27,036 nt of DNA from a virus (IMGVR_UViG_3300038825_000096:1-27036), one strand, 5' to 3'; shown: positions 1 to 8,464, counted from the stretch's first letter. Notes: generated by a model from the letters alone, not told the origin. A program made the numbers and translations.

Positions 1-99
1 CTTTGTAAAGATTAAAAGCATAATCATCATCATCCTCAACGAATTTAAAAGTAGTTAATTTATTTAAAGTCGTTAATGGTGTTAATTTAATTTCTTCTA
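1..99. repeat. Terminal overlap, copy A (identical to 26938..27036); marks circular closure of the contig
   Basis: Bases 1-99 (ctttgtaaagattaaaagcataatc...aatttaatttcttcta) are repeated exactly as the last 99 bases of the window. The repeat lies inside an open reading frame. Confidence 0.95.
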
Positions 100-2110
100 T
101 ATCTATCTTGTCCGTCCAATCTAATTGCTTACTATTAGGGTTGTTTAAGAATATCTCATTATAAGGCTCTATTAATATATTGTTTGGATTTGATTTATCA
201 GGTATTGAAACTAAGTTAAACATTGTCATTATACCCTTTATTAGTTCCCATTGTGACAATTCGCCACGTTCTTTTATTAATAGAGATTCTACTGTTGCCG
301 CATGATTGTTATATGATACATCAAAAAAAGATGTGGTTCCTGTTGAAACTCTTACGTCCCCTGCATTACTATCCTGTTTAGCAACAGGCATTAAAAACTC
401 TCCAGGATTTAATATTGTATCAAAAGTAACATTTAAGGCACCTGAGCCTAATGTTGCAATATCTACATTAACAACTTCAAAATATTCAATTACAGCCCCA
501 CCCTGATTATACTTTCCAAAAGCCATAGTACAACTTCTAATATGGATTGCACTTGTATTTTCTAATTGTATTCTTACTGAGCCTGAAACCTCTAAATTAG
601 CTACATCAGAAGTAAATCTGTGGTTAGCATATAAGGCGTTGTTTCCACTTACAAAAGTTTGTAGTTGCACAGGCTCAAATGATTGAGTCATATTTTGTAT
701 TGTAGATAAATCCGATTCTCTTTTTAGCGTATCTGTTCTATCAGGAGCCGCCCCATGATTTTCTTCCCCCCAGTTAAAGTCTATATATAATTCCTTAAAT
801 TCATCAGTATTAAAAAACTCACTTGTATAGCTAAATGGAGAGCCTGTTTGATAAAAAATTCTATCTATTAAATACTTAGCCTGAATAAAAGGTCTAAAGC
901 CCTGCTCTAATAGTGTTAATTCAGGGTCACCTAATGTAGCTCCTGAGCCTGTTGAACCATTAGCTACCAACATCTGATGGTTCCAGTCACAAAACGGATA
1001 TTTTACTGTACTATAATCATCTCTAAAACCTGAGGCATTAGCATTAGTATATGCAATTCCTGTTCCTGATGTGTTCCAACTATTTTTAATATTTGATTTT
1101 ACATAGTCATGCTCTAACTCTTCAAATCCTAAATCTGCTAATGTAGCCTCACCTAACATGTCTGCTAGGGCTATCACTTCTGAATATAAGTTCACATTGT
1201 AACTTATCTCGCCCTGCTTTTCTTGTATATCTATTAGTCTTAAATAGCCCTCAAATAAAATAAATCCATCTTGTTTTAAAATACTTTTAGTTTTAACATA
1301 TGGATTAAATACTAGCCCTGTTGTTGAACGTGTTACCTCAAAGATATTATCAAATATTAAATTATTCTTTTTAGTGCCTGGTAGCTTAAAAGCCTTAGAG
1401 TAAGATTGTACCTGCTCTGCTGCATTTTTAAAATCATCAACACTTAAAGTTAATGGGATGTTTTCATCTTCATACAGGTCACATATAACCTGCCCATCTT
1501 CTAATTGATAAGTTGTAGTTGTAGTTCCTGCACCTTGCTCTACTACTGATATGCTGTCTATTAACATGTTGCCTGCACCACCTATACCCACAGTAGATAT
1601 AATAATTGTATTATCAGTAGCGGTTGCAGTAAAAGTACAAGTATAAGTTCCTATTGTAACAGGTGCTGCTGATAGTTGATATGCAATTTGTGTTGAACCA
1701 TCCACAACCCTAATATCTAAAATCTCATTAGTAACAGCAGTAACATTTACAACAACATCATAATTTTGTCCTATTGTCAATCCTGAAAGCCTTTGATAAA
1801 CACCACTCATAGTATTAGCCCCCTGCATATTTAAAGCCAACACGCTGCTTATATTTAAAGGATATGATGGCTGTGGGGGTGTTAATGGCGACCTGTATCT
1901 ATACCATGAATTTATTATTGATGGTGGTGCAACAGATATAATTGATGGTGGATAACCAATCGTAGACATCTCATTTGTAGGCGAAGAGTTTATAGTAGTA
2001 AAGTTCATACCATCAACAACAAACTCAGTAGAGCCAATAGTATAAGTATTGGTTGTAGTGTTATACTGCCCTGTATAAGATTGTGGATATAATATTAGTT
2101 GCGTGTTCAT
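1..2110 (-). CDS. Large tail fibre / host-recognition protein, N-terminal 703 codons. The gene continues across the circular junction into 26937..26282, giving a full product of about 921 aa.
   Basis: The minus frame is uninterrupted from ATG 2110..2108 (TAATG overlap with the stop of the 479-aa gene) to the window edge. It is absent from the ORF track only because no stop lies in-window. My translation starts MNTQLILYPQSYTGQYNTTTNTYTIGSTEF. The protein is beta-rich and N/T/G/S-rich, like fibre or spike proteins. Confidence 0.8.
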   Translation of the reverse strand, partial: MNTQLILYPQSYTGQYNTTTNTYTIGSTEFVVDGMNFTTINSSPTNEMSTIGYPPSIISVAPPSIINSWYRYRSPLTPPQPSYPLNISSVLALNMQGANTMSGVYQRLSGLTIGQNYDVVVNVTAVTNEILDIRVVDGSTQIAYQLSAAPVTIGTYTCTFTATATDNTIIISTVGIGGAGNMLIDSISVVEQGAGTTTTTYQLEDGQVICDLYEDENIPLTLSVDDFKNAAEQVQSYSKAFKLPGTKKNNLIFDNIFEVTRSTTGLVFNPYVKTKSILKQDGFILFEGYLRLIDIQEKQGEISYNVNLYSEVIALADMLGEATLADLGFEELEHDYVKSNIKNSWNTSGTGIAYTNANASGFRDDYSTVKYPFCDWNHQMLVANGSTGSGATLGDPELTLLEQGFRPFIQAKYLIDRIFYQTGSPFSYTSEFFNTDEFKELYIDFNWGEENHGAAPDRTDTLKRESDLSTIQNMTQSFEPVQLQTFVSGNNALYANHRFTSDVANLEVSGSVRIQLENTSAIHIRSCTMAFGKYNQGGAVIEYFEVVNVDIATLGSGALNVTFDTILNPGEFLMPVAKQDSNAGDVRVSTGTTSFFDVSYNNHAATVESLLIKERGELSQWELIKGIMTMFNLVSIPDKSNPNNILIEPYNEIFLNNPNSKQLDWTDKIDIEEIKLTPLTTLNKLTTFKFVEDDDDYAFNLYK

Positions 2111-3549
2111 TATACAGATTGTGTTCTTAGCATTTTTGTTTTTTCTACCTCAAAAGAATATTGTATCAATTTATCATTAGCTACTGTTTTTCTAGTAAAT
2201 GATGAACTGCTTAATGTTACAGGTGTTACATATTTATTTAAAGCTGAAAAATTAACATCAGTTTGATAGCCCTCTAACAAATAAACTTCAGGGCTGTTTG
2301 TAAGTTCTTCAAACATTACATTATCATCTTCTTTTACAAAGTCTGTATTCATACTAATCCTTTCAGTTGCATTTCTTCTTAATGCTTTTTTGCCGCCTCT
2401 ATAAGTGTCTAACCTATACAAAGATTCATTCCATGTGCCTGGTAATTGCGTGTAAGTTGTGCCGCTTGTAGATATGGTTCTAGTTGATTTTTTTGTGAAT
2501 GTATAGTAATCCCAAGCACCCCATTGATTAAGCCAACAAAGCCTTATAGATTCATAGCCAAAACCATCAGGACAATTAAGTTTTATTTTATAAAAATCTG
2601 TAACTGCAACATTAGAAACATCTCTGCCTACTACACGTATTTCGCCACCCTGTATAGTTCCTGCAGTTACTAAGCCTTGGAATGTTGTACTCCAATTTTG
2701 TAAGTTAGCAGGAAAGCAACCAAAGAATAAAAGATATTTATTAATCTCTCCACTCCATACATCATAAGCCCCATTCCCTAAAGTTCTATATATAGATTCA
2801 GTATTTAACAAAGAACCTGCACTATCATAGTATTGTAAATCTATATGGTCTAGCTTATCATCTATTGATAAAAAAGCAAGCGTTCCATAATCTTCTAAAT
2901 TAGCATATTGTGTTAATGGTGCATTAGTTAAAAATCTATCGCCTGGAGATTGTAAAACAAAATCCGAAACATCAAAACCAAAATCATCACTTGGCGGCAC
3001 CCCTCCTGTTCCCATTTTTAATTCATCAGTATATTTAACATAACCATTAAATAAATTAAAAAGGTCTGAATTTACTTCAGTTCCTACCTGCCTACGTACT
3101 GTATTTGCATCCTGATTCCCTGCTGCATCTGTTGCTCCTAAATATTCTACTGCAAAGACTAAAGCCATAAATCTTATAGAGTTGTTATTCATAGAGTATT
3201 TGTCTATCAAATGCAACGGATGTCTTTCTTCAGGACTTGTAACTGTTGATTTATAACTACTACCATCAGCAGCCATATTATCTGCTTCTACATAATTTTC
3301 TAAAACATTACGCAAATCAAACATACCTACCCCTGCATTGTTAGGTGTTGTTTTATAACTGCCCACCAAATCATTTGTAGTAGTCGTATCAGGCGGTGTT
3401 GTGCTGCTTATGTGTATATCAACTATAAACTTTACCTTTTCTTGATTTGCTACTGCATCATCATTTGATATTACAAAAATAACCTCTTGCCCTACTGGCA
3501 TTGTAGTGTATAGTGGTTGTTGCTCTATTACTGAATTTTGAACTGACAT
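2110..3549 (-). CDS. Virion structural protein (tail/baseplate-like), 479 aa, family not recognised
   Basis: Long ORF in the structural operon, directly coupled (TAATG) to the fibre gene. It is beta-rich with no motif I can name. Confidence 0.6.
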   Translation of the reverse strand: MSVQNSVIEQQPLYTTMPVGQEVIFVISNDDAVANQEKVKFIVDIHISSTTPPDTTTTNDLVGSYKTTPNNAGVGMFDLRNVLENYVEADNMAADGSSYKSTVTSPEERHPLHLIDKYSMNNNSIRFMALVFAVEYLGATDAAGNQDANTVRRQVGTEVNSDLFNLFNGYVKYTDELKMGTGGVPPSDDFGFDVSDFVLQSPGDRFLTNAPLTQYANLEDYGTLAFLSIDDKLDHIDLQYYDSAGSLLNTESIYRTLGNGAYDVWSGEINKYLLFFGCFPANLQNWSTTFQGLVTAGTIQGGEIRVVGRDVSNVAVTDFYKIKLNCPDGFGYESIRLCWLNQWGAWDYYTFTKKSTRTISTSGTTYTQLPGTWNESLYRLDTYRGGKKALRRNATERISMNTDFVKEDDNVMFEELTNSPEVYLLEGYQTDVNFSALNKYVTPVTLSSSSFTRKTVANDKLIQYSFEVEKTKMLRTQSV

Positions 3550-3555
3550 ATTTTT

Positions 3556-4095
3556 TTATTTTACTGTTGTTAAAGTTTCTTTTTTAATTGAACTTAAAAC
3601 ATCCTCACCTAAAGCTCCCAACATTTTATCGCCAAATTGTTTCATTCCTAATCCTAGCGGTTTTTGAAAGAAACTTATGCCTTGTATTCCATTAAACTTA
3701 ATACTTCTTGCAATTAAAAAAACCAAACTCTTTCTTTTTATAAACCTGCCCTGTTCATCTCTAGGGGCTATACGTTTTTTTACTACCCACTTATCTAAAA
3801 TTCCTGATGGTGGTTGTTTTGATTTGTATTTATAAGGACTTGTTTTAGTTTGATTTTCATAGTTTTTAAATTTCCTAATTTGTTTAGTTCCTGAAACCCC
3901 TTTATCAACATAGGTTCCGTATGGTGCCATCCAGAATTGAACCTCAAAACTATCTTTGCTTTTTTTAACCTCAAAACGTATTGATTTTTCTAACGCACTA
4001 CCACCTCCTTTTGCTCTCGCAAGATTTCGCTTTGCCCTGTTCACAACCTGCTTACCAAAGCTTTCTAAATACCTTTCAAGATTTTTAAAGTCCAT
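3556..4095 (-). CDS. Head-tail joining / tail-completion protein, possibly HK97 gp10-like (179 aa)
   Basis: The N-terminal segment LESFGKQVVNRAKRNLARAKGGGSALEKSIRFEV...APYGTYVDKGVSG resembles the HK97 gp10 family pattern. TAATG overlap with the upstream gene. Confidence 0.4.
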   Translation of the reverse strand: MDFKNLERYLESFGKQVVNRAKRNLARAKGGGSALEKSIRFEVKKSKDSFEVQFWMAPYGTYVDKGVSGTKQIRKFKNYENQTKTSPYKYKSKQPPSGILDKWVVKKRIAPRDEQGRFIKRKSLVFLIARSIKFNGIQGISFFQKPLGLGMKQFGDKMLGALGEDVLSSIKKETLTTVK

Positions 4096-4544
4096 TATAT
4101 ACTAGCTACAAATATTTCTACATCTACATCTGTTGTTGCTGTTGGTCTTACTTCTAATTTAGCAATATCTGCTAAAGAACCATAAGTAGGTACTGCATCA
4201 GCTTCTGCCAACATAACATCATCTGCCCTAGCTATAAGGTGTGAGTTTCCAGCAGGTATTAACATTGAATAGTTAGAAGCTGTTCCTGCTACTCCAATTT
4301 CTATATCATGGGTAGCTGATAAGTTAGAAACTCTAATGTATCTCACATTCTCTTTGTCTAATGCTCCTGCACTATCATATACATTTGATGAAAATGTTGC
4401 TATCGTTGTTGTTGCTGAATGTGGGCATGTTATTACCCTTTCAAAAGTATCTGTTATATCTGTAACTGTTAAGCTGTTTGATGAACCTCTTAAAGCACCA
4501 TTAATGGTTACACTTTCAGATACTGTTACTACTAAATTTGCCAT
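4095..4544 (-). CDS. Hypothetical virion protein (149 aa, beta-rich)
   Basis: ORF with an ATG start, packed in the structural operon. No recognisable motif. Confidence 0.55.
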   Translation of the reverse strand: MANLVVTVSESVTINGALRGSSNSLTVTDITDTFERVITCPHSATTTIATFSSNVYDSAGALDKENVRYIRVSNLSATHDIEIGVAGTASNYSMLIPAGNSHLIARADDVMLAEADAVPTYGSLADIAKLEVRPTATTDVDVEIFVASI

Positions 4545-4549
4545 AATTG

Positions 4550-4954
4550 TTATTTTTTATTTTTATCTATTTGTTTTAATTTTCTTATTGCCCACTCAAT
4601 ACCTGATGTGCCGCCCCATGCATCCCACATTAAACCACCACATCCCTCACTATAAGGAACGTCTTTATTTTGTTGATGTCTTTTAAATGAAGCCATTCTT
4701 GCAATCGTATCTCTGCTTATTGGTTTTCTATCTGCTAATTGTGAACTCCTAGTCCACCCAACACGTGTTCCGCAATCACTTCCATTTTCTTCTTTCCACT
4801 TTCTTGCACGTTTAGCGTTGTTAGTTGCTGATTGTGGGTAGTCATTATAACTAGCCATTTTAATACTAACAGCTTCTGCCATGTCTATTACATCATCAAA
4901 ACTCATAACTTTATTGTTATCTTTGGTGGTATTATTTGTATCTCTATTTTCCAT
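4550..4954 (-). CDS. Conserved phage head-associated domain protein (134 aa)
   Basis: Motif YPQSATNNAKRARKWKEENGSDCGTRVGWTRSSQLADRKPISRDTIARMASFKRHQ...WGGTSGIEWA. From memory this resembles an uncharacterised module often fused to MuF or prohead-protease proteins. I cannot name the family. Confidence 0.45.
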   Translation of the reverse strand: MENRDTNNTTKDNNKVMSFDDVIDMAEAVSIKMASYNDYPQSATNNAKRARKWKEENGSDCGTRVGWTRSSQLADRKPISRDTIARMASFKRHQQNKDVPYSEGCGGLMWDAWGGTSGIEWAIRKLKQIDKNKK

Positions 4955-4970
4955 ATTCTAAACTTAAGCA

Positions 4971-5519
4971 TTAGTATCCTGCTCCTGCATCCGTTACAGG
5001 AATATTACAAGTATCAAAGTCATTCATCACTAATATTCCAATTTGGAACACTTGACCGCATAGCAAATTATCAAACCTCTCGCTAAATGGCTCTATTGTA
5101 AACTGGTCTTGCGTAAAGTACAAAGGCTTATTAATATCATCAACACCTGCTAATGATTGTCTTGTACTATGTCTTAACATCCCTATAAAATCTGTTGCTA
5201 TTTCTAAAGTTTGATTATACACTTGTTGCTCGTTGTTTTTATTGTCTATTAGCTTTGTTAATCCTTTTGCATTGTAGGTTTGCCAATTATCCTTTTCGCT
5301 AACTAAATCACAAATAAATATTTGAAAGTTATAAGTAAGCTGTGCATCCCCTGTTGTAACATTAACAGGATTGATATGCAACAAAGGCATCTTTTCCATT
5401 TTCTCTAAATTAATATCAAAAATATCCCCAACTGAAACTGTTTGTATTTGGTCGTGATACTCACCTAGCCTTGCTAGAGTTTCTATTACGTTGTTGTATG
5501 TCTTATTGGTTACTGCCAT
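4971..5519 (-). CDS. Hypothetical virion/neck protein (182 aa)
   Basis: ORF with an ATG start that overlaps the upstream ORF by 17 nt, in the structural operon. Confidence 0.55.
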   Translation of the reverse strand: MAVTNKTYNNVIETLARLGEYHDQIQTVSVGDIFDINLEKMEKMPLLHINPVNVTTGDAQLTYNFQIFICDLVSEKDNWQTYNAKGLTKLIDNKNNEQQVYNQTLEIATDFIGMLRHSTRQSLAGVDDINKPLYFTQDQFTIEPFSERFDNLLCGQVFQIGILVMNDFDTCNIPVTDAGAGY

Positions 5520-5760
5520 ATTTTACTCTATTTTGTGAATCTAATTCTGTTTCATACGTTAGCCAAGTTAAACACTCATAAAGATTTAATTTGGTTACTG
5601 CTTCTAAATTTACTATTTGCCCTCCTGCCAGTCTATACATCACTCCGAACCAATTCCACTGACTTGCAAAATCTTCAGTTGCTATTGCTGTTTCGTTTCC
5701 TTCATGCTGCGAATCAAAGATAACTCCAAAGTCATTAACAACCCCTTTACGAAAATCCAA
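5503..5760 (-). CDS. -1 frame extension ORF, probably expressed only as the C-terminal part of a frameshift fusion with 5682..6284
   Basis: It has no ATG. The track start is a TTG lying inside the T9 run (5767..5759 on the coding strand). It overlaps the upstream ORF by 79 nt in the -1 frame. Confidence 0.5.
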   Translation of the reverse strand: MDFRKGVVNDFGVIFDSQHEGNETAIATEDFASQWNWFGVMYRLAGGQIVNLEAVTKLNLYECLTWLTYETELDSQNRVKYGSNQ

Positions 5761-6284
5761 AAAAAAACCAGAGCAGATTGCACTTGCTCCGAACTCATTT
5801 TTTTCATCTCTTCCGCCCTCTTATCTATTTTGCCATCATAGGCTTCAATAGTATAAAACCCATTCTCTCCCTCTTCAATAATTGGTCTGTAAAGAATTGC
5901 CATTACATTTGCTAAATTTTGCTGCAAATCATTTTTCATAAAAGCCTCTATATCAGCGTACTCACCTAATGTTATATCTGATAGGCTAGGATGAAATCCG
6001 TATCTTTTGCCATTTATCTCAATTATCTTTTTTAAAGAACTATTTGCCTTTTTTTGTAACTCTGCTATCTTGCTTAATATTAATGCTACATCTTGTATCC
6101 CTAATTGGTTAATCAGCTTTTTAGGAATGTCTGATAAAAGTGCTATTGTTTCTAATGCCTCTTTACTTTTATCATTGTCATTGATGTTTATTAATTTAAT
6201 CCACTTCTCTAATGTTACATCTTCCCAACTCTCAATTAATTTGTACTGCTTTTTTTTACCCTTTTTTTTAATTGCAACTTTCAT
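5682..6284 (-). CDS. Frame-0 product (200 aa) of a candidate G/GT-like chaperone pair
   Basis: ATG at 6284. Codons 173-176 are GTT TTT TTT TGG, and frame 0 stops 27 codons after the run. Size and architecture resemble tail assembly chaperones, but the location is atypical. Confidence 0.55.
   Translation of the reverse strand: MKVAIKKKGKKKQYKLIESWEDVTLEKWIKLININDNDKSKEALETIALLSDIPKKLINQLGIQDVALILSKIAELQKKANSSLKKIIEINGKRYGFHPSLSDITLGEYADIEAFMKNDLQQNLANVMAILYRPIIEEGENGFYTIEAYDGKIDKRAEEMKKMSSEQVQSALVFFWIFVKGLLMTLELSLIRSMKETKQQ
5759..5768 (-). other. Slippery homopolymer (G TTT TTT TTT G on the coding strand), a candidate programmed -1 ribosomal frameshift site
   Basis: Nine consecutive A at plus 5759..5767. 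A T_TTT_TTT heptamer lies in frame 0 of 5682..6284, and the -1 frame stays open to 5503. Confidence 0.5.
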
Positions 6285-6301
6285 CTAATATATAATAGAA
6301 A
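6285..6301 (-). promoter_or_regulatory. Late-region motif copy 1 (coding strand TTTCTATTATATATTAG, immediately before ATG 6284)
   Basis: Exact 11-mer TCTATTATATA (plus tatataataga at 6289..6299) shared with four other gene junctions. Confidence 0.55.
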
Positions 6302-6356
6302 TAGTTAATATTTAGTTTTTTTTATTATCTTTGCCACGTTTTCATTTCTCTTGTTA

Positions 6357-6385
6357 GGGGGTTGGCGTAATGCCGCCCCTTTTTT
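6357..6385. other. GC-rich stem-loop just downstream of the TerL stop
   Basis: GGGG-tt-GGC gtaat GCC-g-CCCC followed by TTTTTT on the plus strand. On the transcribed minus strand the hairpin has no U tract after it. Confidence 0.35.
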
Positions 6386-7586
6386 ATTGCACAAAATACT
6401 TACCTGCATTTGGATTGTCTAAATGATAAATTACGTTATATCTAATGCCATCTATCGCATGATTGTAATTGTCTATGTATAGCTTAGAGCCTTTGTCCTG
6501 ATAGGCATAGTTGTTTAACTCCTTAGCTATATTAGTTGATTCAGGTGTTATGACTAATTCATAATCTTGCATTCTAGTTATGCCGCTTTCAATAGTTCCT
6601 TTTTTAACAGGCTTTATATTTACTCCTAAATGCTTTAAGTCTGCTATTAGCCTAGGTTCTGCTGAATCTGCAATAATAAGAGTGTTGTTTACTTTATCTA
6701 ATATTAACTTAGCTAGGTCATGGCTCTTTAATCCATTTTTATAGATATGCTCTTTTAGATATATCTTCATCTTTCTTTTGTCTATTGCAACTTCTGTTAA
6801 ACTATCAGGGTCAACACTAAATCCAAAATCCATTCCACATGATGTTTGCAGTCCATCTGGATTAAACTCTCCAATACTCCAGTTATCAAATACAACACCC
6901 TCTGCTTTGTCTAGCCACCCACCCATTATCTTATGCTGATACTTTTTAAAGTTCCTATGCTTTATAGCCTTAATACGCTCTAGGAAGCTGTTAGAGAGAT
7001 TTTCTTTATTGTCTAGGTATGTACTATGGATATAACACACATTGTCTTTAACGCCATTAAAACCTGCTTCTACGCCTTTGTCTTGAAAAAATCTATTATA
7101 TATCCAATGCTCTTTAGTTACAGGATTTAATATTAATACTATTCTGTTTTGTATATTCTTCTCTCTAATACTTAAATCAATAGTGTCAAATATATCTTCA
7201 TCAATTAATTCTTCTGCTTCATCTAACACCCAACAGCTAATGCCTTGCAAAGATTTTAAACTTGCGGTTTGGTTTCCTGCTGATGTCTTAATACCTCTAA
7301 ATAAAATATCTGATTTGTTTTTAAGATTAACTACTTCAGCTTTGTTTACACTAAATATATTCTCATATCCTAATAGCTGTATCTTTTCTAAAAACTCAGG
7401 TATTATTGATAGATGTGCTGATACCATTGTGTATCTTGTAAACAAAACCCTAATCCCCTCTGCCATAGTTAGCAAAGTTAAAAATACTGTTACTGCAAAT
7501 GATTTGCCTGAGCCTCTACCACCTGTTATTATAAAATAACGAGCATCAGATGTAAATAGCGGATTATATTTTTTACTCAGATTCAG
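6384..7586 (-). CDS. terL: Terminase large subunit, PBSX/Terminase_3-like. The true start is unresolved and lies upstream of the track start at 7475.
   Basis: Walker A ITGGRGSGKS (7523..7500) and Walker B CWVLDEAEE. Nuclease-half motifs GMDFGFSVDPD, IIADSAEPRLI and NHAIDGIRY. The frame is open from 7589, just after a TAG stop. Confidence 0.9.
   Translation of the reverse strand: MNLSKKYNPLFTSDARYFIITGGRGSGKSFAVTVFLTLLTMAEGIRVLFTRYTMVSAHLSIIPEFLEKIQLLGYENIFSVNKAEVVNLKNKSDILFRGIKTSAGNQTASLKSLQGISCWVLDEAEELIDEDIFDTIDLSIREKNIQNRIVLILNPVTKEHWIYNRFFQDKGVEAGFNGVKDNVCYIHSTYLDNKENLSNSFLERIKAIKHRNFKKYQHKIMGGWLDKAEGVVFDNWSIGEFNPDGLQTSCGMDFGFSVDPDSLTEVAIDKRKMKIYLKEHIYKNGLKSHDLAKLILDKVNNTLIIADSAEPRLIADLKHLGVNIKPVKKGTIESGITRMQDYELVITPESTNIAKELNNYAYQDKGSKLYIDNYNHAIDGIRYNVIYHLDNPNAGKYFVQ
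7092..7102 (+). repeat. Sixth exact copy of the 11-mer TCTATTATATA, in inverted orientation and inside the TerL coding sequence
   Basis: Plus strand atctattatatatcc. It encodes WIYNRFF on the minus strand. Confidence 0.6.
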
Positions 7587-7833
7587 TGTCTACAAAGTTT
7601 ATTAATGGCATGTTGATTGTCTCCTCATTTGATGTTACATCTACCCTTTGTTGTGGCTTACCATAGAAATACTCAAAGAATAATTTTACTGCCCATTGTT
7701 CTTTTTTCTCTAATCCTTTTTTAAGTGATTCTAAAGCCATTGGATTCATTGGTGTAAGATTCTCTATTAGCTTCTGCTCTTCTGCCTTAGCCTTACGCCC
7801 TGCTCCTGCTCTTTTACCTCCATGTGTGTTCAT
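7573..7833 (-). CDS. terS: Putative terminase small subunit (86 aa)
   Basis: Lies immediately upstream of TerL and overlaps its open frame. The N-terminal GGKRAGAGRKAK and the C-terminal YGKPQQRVDV are typical of small terminase-like proteins. Confidence 0.5.
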   Translation of the reverse strand: MNTHGGKRAGAGRKAKAEEQKLIENLTPMNPMALESLKKGLEKKEQWAVKLFFEYFYGKPQQRVDVTSNEETINMPLINFVDTESE

Positions 7834-7860
7834 TTTGAAATATTTTGATTATTCAAGTCT

Positions 7861-7877
7861 TTATTATATAATAGAAA
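7861..7877 (-). promoter_or_regulatory. Late-region motif copy 2 (coding strand GTTTCTATTATATAATAA), 27 nt upstream of the TerS ATG
   Basis: Exact 11-mer at plus 7865..7875, in the 45-nt gap between the NinB-like gene and TerS. Confidence 0.55.
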
Positions 7878-7878
7878 C

Positions 7879-8262
7879 TTACTTGAATTCATTTGGCAAC
7901 ATTAATCTTATACCTAATTCTGTTAAAGCCCATATCCTTATTTGGTCTGCATATACTTCAAATTCTTTTGTGTTCATTCTTGCTGTGCTGTTAACTGTTT
8001 GTAATCCTATCTGCCTTTCATTTATCTCTATGCTTTGCCACTCACTTGAAAACTTAATTTTAAGGGTGTCGTGCATTTCATCAGGAAAGTAACCTAGTTC
8101 TTCAGCTAATGGTTGTACTATACATGCCCAATAGTAATTGTTTTGCATATTGCTTCTATTGTTTCTTTGTTTCTTTACTTTTACTATATAATCACTTCCT
8201 AATTCTTTAAGATAATTAAAAAGCGAATGTTTATCTTGACTGCTTTTAATTACGAAATTCAT
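7879..8262 (-). CDS. ninB: NinB/Orf-family recombination mediator-like protein (127 aa)
   Basis: NRSNMQNNYYWACIV matches lambda NinB NRSLDQNRKLWACLG. STARMNTKEFEVY matches STSRMRVGEFAEL. Confidence 0.65.
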   Translation of the reverse strand: MNFVIKSSQDKHSLFNYLKELGSDYIVKVKKQRNNRSNMQNNYYWACIVQPLAEELGYFPDEMHDTLKIKFSSEWQSIEINERQIGLQTVNSTARMNTKEFEVYADQIRIWALTELGIRLMLPNEFK

Positions 8263-8464
8263 ATTTTATATATTTGCGTGTTATACTATTTTCACGTCTT
8301 TGCTTAAATTCCTCTTTAAGTATTTTAGTAATCCTTGTATGTGCAACATCAAACTTATTTGTCATTTCTTTTAGGCTGTTTGCATTTGGATTGTTAAAGT
8401 AATATTCAACAACCTTTTTTGCTAGTGCCTTTGGGTTCTTTGGTATTCTAGGTTTTGTTTTCAT
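8246..8464 (-). CDS. Hypothetical small basic protein, possibly HTH (72 aa)
   Basis: ORF with an ATG start, coupled to its neighbours. The segment SLKEMTNKFDVAHTRITKILK looks HTH-like. Confidence 0.45.
   Translation of the reverse strand: MKTKPRIPKNPKALAKKVVEYYFNNPNANSLKEMTNKFDVAHTRITKILKEEFKQRRENSITRKYIKYEFRN

Noticed and set aside
306-506. 66-aa plus-strand ORF at the left end, plus the other short plus-strand ORFs in the track (4336, 4832, 5535, 5617, 6007, 7183, 7826, 8483, 9253, 9269, 15336, 15457, 16108, 16871, 17794, 23015, 23633)
   Set aside because: Each is fully embedded antisense in a longer, better-supported minus-strand gene. AT-rich genomes have few stops on the antisense strand of some frames. 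7183..7539 is simply the reverse complement of the TerL P-loop region.
2070-2085. DnaA-box-like string (ttgtggata) and a search for canonical TTATCCACA boxes
   Set aside because: This is a single imperfect match inside the fibre gene. I saw no cluster of boxes anywhere, so it gives no support for a DnaA-box origin.
6357-6385. Hairpin plus T6 that looks like a rho-independent terminator
   Set aside because: The T tract follows the stem only on the plus strand, where nothing appears to be transcribed. On the coding strand the hairpin lacks a U tract. It is kept as a generic stem-loop and not called a terminator.
7587-7595. TTG TAG ACA in the TerL frame: could TAG be read through or reassigned, so that TerL starts at TTG 7595?
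   Set aside because: TAA TAA stops lie immediately upstream, so the gain would be only two codons. I see no other sign of stop-codon reassignment, since the genes I checked end at ordinary stops (mostly TAA). It is mentioned only as a remote alternative under the TerL finding.
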